Positions 26,201 through 37,822 of a DNA stretch of 64,000 nucleotides are shown piece after piece. Both the position numbers and the translations under genes were made by a program. The stretch covers positions 63,736,001 through 63,800,000 of the forward strand of contig CM060734.1 in NCBI GenBank assembly GCA_030704615.1, read 5' to 3'. Each line of letters begins with the position of its first letter. Position 1 is the first letter of the stretch. This DNA comes from Takakia lepidozioides (Eukaryota > Plantae > Bryophyta). The notes under the pieces were generated by a model. That model was not told the DNA's origin and did no database searches. It saw nothing but the letters and a program-made list of their open reading frames with translations.

Positions 26201-26530
26201 AAGAAGTCAAGGTCGGCGTGGCTGAATGCATGATGAGTAAAGAAGAATCAAGATGAACTTTATAACAATGGACAAGAGTACAAGATACTGGAACTCGACT
26301 TGAATACTAGAATGTTGGAAACTGGACTGGAGTACCAGATACTAGAACCTGGACTAGAGTACTGGAAGCTAGACATGAGTACTGGGACATGAAACATGAA
26401 TAGCTTGAACTTTTGGCGAGACTGAAGAGTGTTCAGTCTCGCCTCCTATATATACTGGCTACTAGGAAGTTTCCTAAGAAGCTTCCCCAGCCAAGGGAAG
26501 TATCTTGAGAAGCTTCATTGATCAAGGGAA
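23283..26530 (-). mobile_element. Degenerate Ty3/gypsy chromovirus (Tcn1/Tf1-like): partial 5' LTR (26137 to about 26530), gag, protease, RT, RNase H
   Basis: gag EPKISMPEKFDGTRSRFRGF; [40 protein letters not shown]; RNase H LEADASGFALG and DHKNLE; many stops and frameshifts. Confidence 0.9.
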
Positions 26531-26876
26531 GTCTCTTAATTTCTGCAAAATCAAATAAATATGACATAAATGAAAGACCAGAAAATGAATGACAAAAAAA
26601 AAATGACCTAAAATTAAAGACCTAAAACATTTGTTCCACTAATTTCAAATTGTGTTTTCTTGTATGGTACTCATGTTTTTTTTCCTTAATTTCTGTAAAA
26701 ACGAACAAATTTTAGGGCATGCAAAGGTTTGATTCCATAATCTTTACCACCCACAATCAATGCTCTATACTGGTCATCAAATCAGTGCCAATCATTCAAT
26801 AACAAACCGTTCTAAAATCTATATATTATAAGTTTTGTTCCACTAATTCTAACAACGACCGAAGGTCTGAAGCTAG
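26531..26876 (+). mobile_element. Helitron 3' end
   Basis: Hairpin gaccgaaggtc (26857-26867) followed by CTAG|T at 26873-26876; AT-rich body homologous to 33985-34130. Confidence 0.6.
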
Positions 26877-27011
26877 TTTAGTGTAGTGTAGAGTAGATAT
26901 AGGGTGTCATAATGCCTCATCATCGTCGCCACGTTTCGTCGTCGTCAATTTTTGTCGGGCCTGCCCGGACTGCCCGAAAATGTCTTTGCAGTGCGAGGAA
27001 GGGATGACGAT

Positions 27012-28350
27012 ACGATACCGGCCATCCTTCAGCGCGGAGGGATTTCAAGCAATGTGGTGAGGGCACCTTCTTCTTCGACCTATTTCAGCCTGTTTTGCCT
27101 TCTCATCAGACTTAGGCTATGTTTCAATCTCTGTCTACTCAGCTGCGTCGTGGTGGTTCTCATACCGGCCATCCTTGAGCGCGGAGGGGTTTCAAGCAAT
27201 GTAGTGAGGGCACCTTCTTCTTCGACCAATTTCAGCCTGTTTTGCCTTCTCATCAGACTCAAGCCGTGTTTCACCTGCTCAGCTGCACCGTGGTGGTTCT
27301 CACAGACCAATCCGACATTACCTGACTACAGACACAAGCAACACATATAAGAGGTCCTTGTGGGTTGATGGTCGGTCAAATCCTCCATGGGTCATGACAC
27401 AAGGTCAAGGACAATGTGGTGAGGGCACCTTCTTCTTCGACCTATTTCAGCCTGTTTTTCCCTCTCATCAGACTCGGCCCTGAGATGCATATTGAATTCT
27501 GTAAGTTAGCTCATTGCAGGGTGGATTCGTGGTCGTTTGGAATGACTTTGACAAGTTACTGCCGATGTGGCAGCAGGAAAGTATCAAAAAACAGATAACA
27601 GAGATGAGGAGAAGCTGGGACAATGGAGACATAAAGGTGAATGTCCGTTGGACTACAGATAGAAGCAGATGCAATTCAGAATCGGAACTCTGTACGTAAT
27701 AAGTGGGGTTGGGGTGTTTGCTGACAACTGCAATCGCAAGGTGTGGCTTTTCTTAATGTACGATGTGAAGAAGTTTGTGCATCCTGCAAATGTGGGCTCT
27801 TGGCTCCTGTTAGTACCATGATTTGGTATTCTTATGATGTTTACAAGGTTCTCGGGAGAATCAGCTTGGTCTTAGCAGCCCGTATTTCAATCTCTGCCTG
27901 CTCAGCTGCACCGTGGTGGTTTTCACAGACCAATCCGACATTACCTGACTACAAACACAAGCAGCACACTCAAGAGGTCTTTTTGGGTTGATGGTCGGTC
28001 AAATTCTCTATGGGTTATGACACAAGGTCAAGGACAATGTGGTGAGGCACCTTCTTCTTTGACCTATTTCAGCCTGTTTTTCCCTCTCATCAGACTCGGC
28101 GCTGAGATGCATATTGAATTCTGTAAGTTAGCTTTTTGGGTGGATATTTGTGACTTTGACAAGTTACTGCCGATGTGGCAGCAGGAAAGTATCCAAAAAT
28201 AGATAACAGAGATGAGGAGAAGCTTTGGAATGAACACTTTCTGACCCCAGTCAATAGTGGGACAATGGAGACAAAAAGGTGAATGCCTTTTCGACTACAG
28301 AGAGAAGCAGATGCAATTCAGAATTGGAACTATTATAATTAGTAGGGTTG
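27012..28350 (-). repeat. Nested local duplications containing an ARM-repeat-like coding fragment
   Basis: The block encoding NRLKLVEEEGALTTLL recurs at about 27050, 27195, 27413 and 28036; 27265-27720 is duplicated at 27885-28360. Confidence 0.55.
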
Positions 28351-28649
28351 GTGTGTTTGCTGGAAGAACTTCACGTCGTCAGTGTCAGCTGCTAGCAGCA
28401 AGGCTAAGGATGTATTCATGATCTGTCCACAGGCAGGGATAGCTGAAGGACCATGGATAGAGGTCCAGATTCATCCAAGAGGGCTGGATTTCAAGCTCCA
28501 GATTACCTATGATTCTCGGTGGATCAATAGCTACAAGAAACCTGCATGAGTAGATGGTCAACTAAATGCAACCACTGCAGTGGCACAGTTGATAAAATCA
28601 GGCACCTCAACTATGACCACAGTTTCTGAAAGAAGATCAAGACAAAGAG

Positions 28650-31600
28650 TCCCCAATGCCTCTTTTGGCACTTTTGGGCATGTGAAGATGCTTTGTGCGG
28701 CATGCAGACTGACAGAGGCTCTACAGACTTTAAACCAAAGAGGCATTTCAGCAGATTCAGATGTGTATGTCTGTCTCTTGCTTAAGTGCATCAAGATGGA
28801 AGGTCTGGAAGCTGGAAAACAGGTGCACACTCACATTATCCAAAGTGGATTCATGCCAAATGTTTTTCTACTCAACACCCTTGTCAACATGTATGTTAAG
28901 CATGGGAGCATCATGGATGCTCACCAAGTGTTCAATAGAATGCCTCTACGATCTTTGATTACGTGGAATAGAATGTTGGCAGATTTACCAAGCATGGGTG
29001 TGGTAGGAATGCTTTGGAGACCTATGAGCAAATGCTGCACAAAGGGGTGAAGCCCAACCACATCACATTTGTTTGTGTATGCAATGCGTGTGCAAGCCTG
29101 GGAGCTCTGGAAAAGGGGAAAGAGGTCCATGGTGACATCGTCAAAGCTGGAATTGTACCAGATGTCATTCTGAACACTGCCTGGTGGACATGTATGCCAA
29201 ATGTGGGTGCATTAAGGATGCGAAGGGAGTTCTCAACACTATGGCTGAATGAGATGTGATGTCATGGAACGCGATGCTTGCAGGGTATGCACAACATGGA
29301 CGTGGTATGGAGGCTTTGGAGACCTATGATCAAATGATGGGGGAAGGGTGAAACCCGACCACATCACATTTGTGGGCATTTGCAAAGCGTATGCAAGCCT
29401 GACAGCTCTGGAAAAGAGCAAAGAGGTCCATGGCAACATTGTCAGAGCTGCAATTGTACCAAATGTCATTCTGAACAATACCCTTGTGAACATGTATGAA
29501 GGGAGTGTTCGACTATATGGCTGAATGAGATGTGGTGTCGTGGAGTGCGATGATTGCAGGATATGCACAGTAAGGCTGCGGGATGGAGGCTTTGGAGACC
29601 TATGAGCAAATGATGTGCGAAGGGGTGAAGCCCAACCACATAACATTTGTTTGCATTTGCAATGCGTGTACAAGCCTGGCAGCCCTGGAAAAGAGGTCCA
29701 TGGTGACATCGTCAAATCTGGAATTGTACCCGATGTCATTCTGAACACTGCCCTGGTGGACATGTATGTCAAATGTGGGTGCATCGAGGATGCAAAGGGA
29801 GTGTTCAACAGTATGGCTGAACGAGATGTGGTGTCGTGGAGTGCGATGATTGCAGGATATGCACAGCAAGGGTGCAGGATGGAGGCTTTGGAGACCCATA
29901 TGCGCACGAGACGCACTTCACCTTGTTCAAAAGACTCTTTCTTTCTTTCACCCGGCCGATCAATTCTTAACTTATCATCTTCCGACCTTCGGAGGTAGAA
30001 CAATTTTGGGAAGGGAACACTGATTTGACTCAAGAAGAGCTCGCCAAATTATAAAGTAGGGTGCACCTAAGTAATCCTTTGGAACCCGGACAACTTCCTG
30101 AAGAAAGATTTTCAATCTCAGATGTGTAGAGCTCTCTTTGTCTTAAGTTTTGATCATGTACATTACACTCAACAGCTTCCAGATGTTGAGCATCATTTGT
30201 CCCTGGTTTAGTGTTAAGTCTGTCTTCGCTATCTTGGTGTCATTTGAGCAAATGATGTGCGAAGGGGCGAAGATGGTCAACTGAAGGCAGCAGCGGCACA
30301 GTTGATAGAATCAGTTTGTGTTTGCAATGCGTGTGCAAGCCTGGGAGTCCTGGAAAAGGGGAAAGAGGTCCATGGTGACATCATCAAAACTGGAATTGTA
30401 CCAGGTGTCATTCTGAACACTGCCTGGTGGACATGTAGGCCAAATGTGGGTTCAAGGATGCAAAGGCAGTTTTCAACAACATGGCCGTCGTGGAGCGCGA
30501 TGCTTGCAGGGTATGCTTGCAGGGACGTGGGGCATAGAACTTCCCTGAACTTGTTTTAAGATGCAGAAAGAAAAGGTAGATTGTCAATACCTGATGTATG
30601 GGCACCTAATTGTTTATATCAAGGTAGGCTCAGCCTCGAGATTTGGAAGTTGTTGAACAGAGGTGAAGAGCAGAAAACAGATATTGTCTTCAGGCAGCAC
30701 TGGCACGTCCTGCCATCAGTGGGGACCTGAGAACTTTCATGGTGAGAAAGGATTGGAACACTGGCTGGAAGCAAACACTGCAGGCATCTTCACTGGCTGA
30801 GGAGAGAAGTGGGAGTGGCGAGGAACAACCATAGCACACAGGCATGTCAACATGTGTTCCGGTATCCTCCCCACCTCCGGCTTTCCCTCGCACTGTCAAT
30901 GCAGCCACCTCCAGTTTGTGAACCCAGCTATCTGGCGCCTGTAGACCCTGCAAGCGCCCGTAGGTATGCTGTGCTACTTTACAACAGCCTGCATGCAACA
31001 GAATGTCATTCTGTCACTTTCTCAGCCGATCAGTCACTTGATTGGTGTTTAAACTTTTGCTAGTCAACCCAGTGCTGTAAGTAACAGAGACTAGGAGAAG
31101 CTGTGGAGTGAATACTTTTCTGACCCCAGTGCTTGTGGTGTGCTTGTGCATGCGTGGCAGCCCTGGTGGTGACATCATCAAAGCCGGAGTTGTACCAGAT
31201 GTTATTTTGGACACTGCCCTGGTGGACATGTATGCCAAATGTCAGCATTGAGGATGCAAAGGGAGTATATGACAATATGGCTGAACGAGGTATGGTGTCG
31301 TGGAGGGTGATGATCGCAGGATATGCCCAGCATGGTTGTCATAGGGAGGTCCTGCAACTATTGGAAAGAATGCAAAATGAAGGCTTCAATCCAGACAGTA
31401 GCGCCTTTCTATGTGTTCTCTCTGCATGCAGCCATGCTGGCCTACTGGATGAAGGAAGATGATACTTCGATTCCTGAGTCCAGATCATGGTGTGACTCCG
31501 ACGGTAAAGCACTTTGGCTGCATGGTGGACCTTCCTGGACGTGCGGGCAATTGGATGAAGCAAAGGACCTCATTAATAAAATGCCAACGGAACCAGATGC

Positions 31601-32074
31601 TGTGGTGTGGATGGCCTTGCTTGGTGCCTGCAGAAGCCATGGCAATCGCAAAGGTGAGTGAGATGATGAAGGTCGGAGGGGTTAAAGAGGAGCCAGGTCG
31701 CTGCTGCATTGAGGTTGGGAACAGGGTGCACACCTTTGTTGTAGATGACAAATTGAGGAAATCCATGCTAAGCTGAGAAGATTGTCTGGGCAGATGAAAG
31801 AGGCAGGGTATGTGCCTGACACACGCTTTGTATTACGTGGAGCAAAAGGAAGCTTCTCTTTGCTACCACAGTGAAGCTGGCCATTGGTTTTGGGCTGATA
31901 AGCATAGCCCCTCGGACGCCTCTCCGTCTCATCAAGAATCTTCGGGTGTGTGGTGACTGCCACACCTCCACCAAGTTCATCTCAAAGATTGTTGGCCGAG
32001 CAATTGTTGTATGGGACGCTAACCACTTTCACCACTTTAAAGATGGGGTTTGTTCTTGTGGGGATTACTGGTGA
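28650..32074 (+). pseudogene. PLS-E-DYW PPR pseudogene with internal duplications and insertions
   Basis: PPR motifs (VFLLNTLVNMYVKHG, VILNTALVDMYVKCG, VVSWSAMIAGYAQ), E domain, PG box (EPGRCCIEV) and ...[15 protein letters not shown]...CSCGDYW; many frameshifts. Confidence 0.9.
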
Positions 32075-32454
32075 AACGTTGTCTTGTTTGTTGGAATGGC
32101 GCGGATGCCTTGCTTCATTCTTTGATCTGTGTAGCTACTCAGTTCGTCCACCATTTCCTGAGAATATTGGCCATGATGTACTGTTGAGGGCATTTCCGTA
32201 CCATAGATCCACAGGAAACAGTAGCGGGGTCTACAGGTAGTTAGTGAAGGGGGGGATTTTGACTGTCTTTGGTGATAGTGGAAGGAAATCAGAGTGCTGT
32301 CATGTTTATGGTGTGGGTGGTGGATCTTCTCCAGAGCTTGACGATGAAAGTGAAAATGATTCGCAATGACCTTGATTAGAGGGGCAGCCTTGTGCACAAG
32401 TTTGTTCAGCATCTTTTATTTGGACATGTTTGTATGTTGCTTGTGGTGCTGCTT

Positions 32455-32720
32455 CAGATTGAGCAGAATAGTATCACCTTTGTATCTCTTCTGTGTGCAT
32501 GTAGCTTTGGGGGTCTTGAAGGCCATCACTACTTTGATTCCATGACTGAAGCTCATGGCCTCATGCCTATAGTTGAGCATTTTGGCTGCATGGTAGACCT
32601 TTTTAGCTGTGTAGATTGGATGAGGCAGAGGACCTCATCACTAAAATGCCCATCCAACCAGATGTTGGGGTGTGGAGGGCCATGCTTGGTGCCTGCAGAG
32701 TTCATGGCTATGTATCATCG
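32455..32720 (+). pseudogene. PPR L2-S2-E1 fragment
   Basis: ITFVSLLCACS...[25 protein letters not shown], then frameshifted WRAMLGACRVHG. Confidence 0.7.
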
Positions 32721-33280
32721 CATTGATGGACACTTTTGGGTATGTTAAATGCTACTTATAGTATCTGATTGCCAGCGTATAGTCTGACTCATTGGCAACT
32801 CTCAAGGTTAGTGGTGGCATTCTCATAATAGATAGTAATTGTATAGAGCCACAATGCAGCCACCAGTGGAGAGGTTACTCTAGCTTGGCTGTAACAAACC
32901 CTGCTGACCTACTTAGGTGCATATCAAGCACAGGCTTGTGATATGGTAATGAACAACTAGCATATCATGCCTGCTTCATCTAAGGGAACCAACTGACTCT
33001 CTCCATGTGTGACTCCAACAACATTATATAGATCTTGCAACACTGCTCTAACATGCTGTTTTGTTGTTCCTGAGACTTCAATTTGTGACTTCACTTGAGA
33101 GGCTCAAAGTGTGAGAATAGGTTTCTCCCATATTCTATACAAACTGATAAAACGGTCAACTAACTGAGAGGCTAATCAACACTGTGTTGGTAGGTTTCAG
33201 TGTGTAACTGCCTCATGGATTGAACTTTTTCCTCTCTTTTTTAACAAACTTTTCCGCATTATGGAGAATAAATTCATATA

Positions 33281-33979
33281 TCTATACTATATCTTTAAAT
33301 TAATAATCTAAACTGTTTTTAATGGGCGATGAAAAATAGATTAGTATAATTACGTGTATCACAACCAATGGCTATGCGCTAACGGCTCCTCTTTGCAAAG
33401 AGTGAAATCTACTTTCATCCATAATAAACCTGAAAATTTCTAGACATTGAACACCAAGAATTGTGGCTGGCTAGTCATGGAGGCAAATGACAAAGTCAGT
33501 GCCATGCCATCGGAAGGCCTCACTTGGACTGCGTAAGAATTTTTGATATAACTCTTTAGTGTATTTAGCATAAAACATTTTGTAGAGTAAAATAAAATAA
33601 GTGGATTATATTGGTATAAAATGAAAGTACATATCCAGTTAACCCTTCACTGCTTATCAGGGTTCAGATGTATCCCACTAACTTTTGCATATGACAATAA
33701 TTTTCACTCTTTGCTCCAAAACACTCCATGAGATTTCTGGAAAACTTCATTTGGGGTATAGCATCCTTGAGTGGGCCCTGCCTCTCATCAAACAAGGGAA
33801 GCAAGTATGCAATAGACTTCAAGCCACCGACTTCAAGAGACAGTTGATACATCTGGCAATTTCTTGCAAAAAACAATGAAATCCGGGATCTATGTATGTA
33901 ACACCACCCCCTTTTTGTGCAAATTCAACATAGTTCTCAGAATTTGTCGCTAGTAGTGCGGAGCAACGCGAAGCCCTAG
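33281..33979 (+). mobile_element. Non-autonomous Helitron
   Basis: A|TCTATACTATA 5' end; GC-rich gcggagcaacgc segment then CTAG|T 3' end. Confidence 0.75.
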
Positions 33980-34838
33980 TTTTTTTTTTTCATGAAACTA
34001 ATATTTAAATTCAGCAAAAGCAAATAAACTTTTTGGGGCATGCAAAGGTTCGATCTCACATCGTCCATGCCAATTATTAAGCATCATTCAATACTAGAGT
34101 CTATATATCATAACTTTTGTTCCACGGATGGTTTTTATGTAATTAATGTTTATTTATACGAATGTAGCGGGATTTGACCCCAAAATCATCTGGATGACAC
34201 ATATTGTATTAACTGGTGGAGGCACATCTTCCAAATTTGGATGTAGATATATCTAAATTTGGGCATTTTCTAATGTAGGTGTTCTTGGCGTAGGTATTAT
34301 GTAGTGAAGGTATTATCTGGTGTAGATACATCAGGATCCTCGCTCAAGTAGTGATGCGTGGTCTCCTCTTGAGGGAGGAGCCAACAATAAAGTAAGTGGA
34401 TTATATTGGTATAATACAAAAGTACATATCTAGTTAACCCTTCACTACTTACCAGGTTCAGGTGGATCCCTCTAACTTTTGCATATGATAATAATTTTCA
34501 CTCTTTCTTCAAGATCATTTATAGCTCATGAGGTGGCAGACTTGCTCCAAAAAACTTCATGAGATTTCTGGAAAACTTCATTTAGCGTACGACGCTCCCA
34601 ACATCCTCGAGCGGCCCTACCTCTCATCAAACAAAGGAAGCAAATATGCGACAGACTCCAAGCCACTGAGACAGCTGATACATTTGGCATTGAAATGTTT
34701 ACCACTTTTCTTGCGAAAAACAATGAAATACGGGATGTATGTATGTAACACCATCAGGATGACCCACCCTTTTTTGTGAAAATTGAACGTAGTACTCAGA
34801 ATTCGTCGCTAGTAGTGCGGAGCAACGCAAAGCACTAG
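33980..34838 (+). mobile_element. Second Helitron 3' segment (tandem or composite)
   Basis: 34385-34838 duplicates 33590-33979, including gcggagcaacgc..CTAG|T; 33985-34130 resembles the 26.7-kb Helitron end. Confidence 0.7.
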
Positions 34839-34847
34839 TATAACATT

Positions 34848-36780
34848 AAATGCTTTCAATTGTAGGGAGGGCCCTAGTCGCAAACCAGATTCTGCAGGCC
34901 TCATTATGGTTCTTCGCTATTGTTTGGAACCCAGACCAACTATGCTCAAGGAGATTAAAGCCCTCACGCGCAATTTCATTTGGCGGCAGGAATGTCTTTG
35001 GCAAATCCTGTTTGCGAACTACAACACGGACTCTTGGTATTTTACTCGCGCAAACCCCCCGGTGGGCATTTTGGGAGGGGCGGGGTTTCACCCACATTGC
35101 AGCCATGCGCTCTGGAGAAAATTTCCTTATAGAAGGCCATATCAGGAACCTTCGGTAGAAGGAGACCCAAGGCCTGCGGCACTCTTCTTGCCAATATCCC
35201 ACGATACATGACTCCGTTACTGGGTGAGGAAGGTCGGAATTGGGCGGCCCCTGCCTAGATGGCTTACATCCAGGGCAATGACAAATCAATGATTCTTGTC
35301 ATAGAAACTCATGGATCCATGGCATTTGGACTGGGGTTTCACACGGATTGTGAAGGTGACCTTGCATATACAGGAATGGTAGAGGTGGATAAAACAATCT
35401 TATTCCACATAAGAGTGCTTGATGGCAAAGGAAACGCCAACCCCGAAGCTCAATGGGCCCGTCATGAAACCCTCACCTGGTTCCTCATGTGTCCTTTGGA
35501 AGATCTACAGTTTGACCCAGGTGAGTGGAAGTGGATGGATAAGAAGAAGACCCCATTCTTCGGATACTCGGTGAAAAAAAGGTACTCCCTTGCCAACCCA
35601 CCCCGCTCTTTTGTAGGCAAATGGTCAGCTAAGTGGGCCAACATCCAATTCGTCCAAGGAATCTGGGACAAAATTTGGAAAGTTGTGTGGAGAAAGTATA
35701 GGCCTGCAAAGATATCAGGCTTCCTTTGGAAGCTCACACATAGAATCATTCCAGTCAGACAACGACCACACGAGAATAATCCTACCTGTACTCCCTTGCA
35801 TAAACGGAATCCATAGAACACTTTGTTGTTCTGCAATCTATCTAGCATGATATGGAGGCTGGTTCTCTCATTATATTCTCACTGGGCTTCATTCCCAACT
35901 CCTTCCCCTCCATCTCTCCAGCTTTTGAACTTCCTGCCTGGTCTGCCAATGAGTGCTTGCCCAGTTTGGGCTGCTACTCTTAGAGCCCACACTCTGTGGA
36001 ATCTATGGAGAGCCAAATGTAATTGGGTTTATGAGGAAAACCCCCCAGGGGCATATCAATCTTGTTTCATATTTATTATGATCTGTTAACTGAGGGGCGG
36101 AAAGCATGGGACACTGTTGGTGCAGCTCTTCCCAGAACTTCGGAGCAATAAGGGAAACTTACTTCAAGATTTCGTTAAGTCTTGGGGCAAAGGCGACTTG
36201 CTCAGCTCCAGTCTTCCCAACATGCGCTTTACCTGGCATCAATCCATCCCCCCTCAAGGGGAGGTCCCCTGGTGATGGAGACGAAGCAGATTTCAACTGG
36301 AGATATAAGAAAAGTCGAGGCCCCAAATTTAGAACTCAGCTCAAGTTTTGAATACTGCAGTCTTGACAATGTCACTGCAAGTCTTCTCCAGCTCCTTACC
36401 TTCTCGGCTCACTACCTCCGAGCTGCGCTCTTCATCTTCAGATGACCTTCGGACTGTTATTCTAAATGCAGCTTTGCCTCTCCTCACTTACCTTTTTTCG
36501 GGACCGCTTAGTATCTTACACTCTTGCATAGATCCTTCTTAGTACTCTTAGTTTCTACCTTTGCATAGCACCTCTCCTTATCTCTCTTGCAATCTCTGCT
36601 TCACCACTATTCACTCCCTCCTTCTCTCTTGTTAGCAAGTTGGCTAGGGTCATGGGAATCTTCCCCCTCAATAAGCCTTCACGGCCTTCTTGGTGGTTAT
36701 TTTTTCCACCTATGTGACATCTTTTTAATTCATTTGACTAAAAGGGCCTCTGTCCCCTTTTCTCTGAAAAAAAAAAAAAA
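34848..36780 (+). mobile_element. 5'-truncated L1/Tx1-like LINE with poly(A) tail
   Basis: LSIVGRALVANQILQASLWF; zf-RVT region WKVVWRKYRPAKISGFLWKLTHRIIP; LWNLWRAKCNWVY; pyrimidine-rich 3' UTR; A14 at 36767-36780. Confidence 0.8.
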
Positions 36781-37822
36781 CAAATAACCTTCAAGGACTT
36801 GTATCAATCCCTACTAGGTGCCAGGGGTATAACTTGTTAATTATAAGATATATTGTGAACTCATTCTTTTATGGCAAAATTTTCTGAAAGTCCTTATTTC
36901 TTCTATGTCACAGTGGGCCTGTCCTCCTCTTGTGTCCCATAGTGGACCTACTGATTGAACCGTCCAGGCCACTTCAGCCTTGGGCTTGCAGAGTGGACTA
37001 ACTTATACACTGGATCCTCTGGCGGGCTGGTTCCTGGAGCGACTATCCAGTGGACCCTTGGTAAGGCACCCGACTTATGACGTGGCCCCATGGGGCGTAC
37101 AGGCAGGGCCAATTGGCGCATTGAAGACCTTAATATTAAAAAATCAGAAGCAATTATTCCTTAGCACCTTTGAATACAACCTATTACCATGGATCTGTGC
37201 TGTAAAGACATAACCCCTCTCAGAGTATGTGTTGGATAACAACCACATCGAGATGCTTTTCTTTTGATGTGTCCTCAGTTTTGGTTGACAATTAGGTACC
37301 TTCAAGATGTTGCTTGTCCAGTATGTGCTTCAAATGCTTCTTTACATCTTTGAGATGCATTTTAGTTTCATTCCCTCGTGGGTATCTCGCCAGGAATCAC
37401 AATTGCTACGGCGTGATGCATCCACTTCCTGGGGTGGTTCAACACTGATACAATCTGCTTTCAGACATCTATCTTTCATTTTGGAACTTGGGGCCTCTGA
37501 GGAGAAATTGTGAAATTTCCACTCAATGAATGTTGAGTGCTACAACTTGGTGTTGGCTCTGAAATCAAGAATGCCTGAAGTGCGGCAGATATAGCAAATG
37601 ACACATCTCCTCTGTTGGCACTCTAAGGGAAAAGAAGATATTGCCTGAATGCATTGCACAATGTGTGGTTGTATATGCAGCAGGCACCAAGAGAGGAAGA
37701 GAGAGACAAAACCTTGATCCATCACTCCCGTAGGAGTGACACTGGGAAGAGAGACTCCAATGAGCTTGGACTCTATCATCCCAAGACCTCACAAAATCTG
37801 GTTGTAGTTCGTTCCACTATCA

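Noticed and set aside
27080-27112. CTGATGA...GAAA on the minus strand (also near 27470 and 28090)
   Set aside because: The intervening sequence cannot form stem II, and the segment is ARM-like coding sequence.
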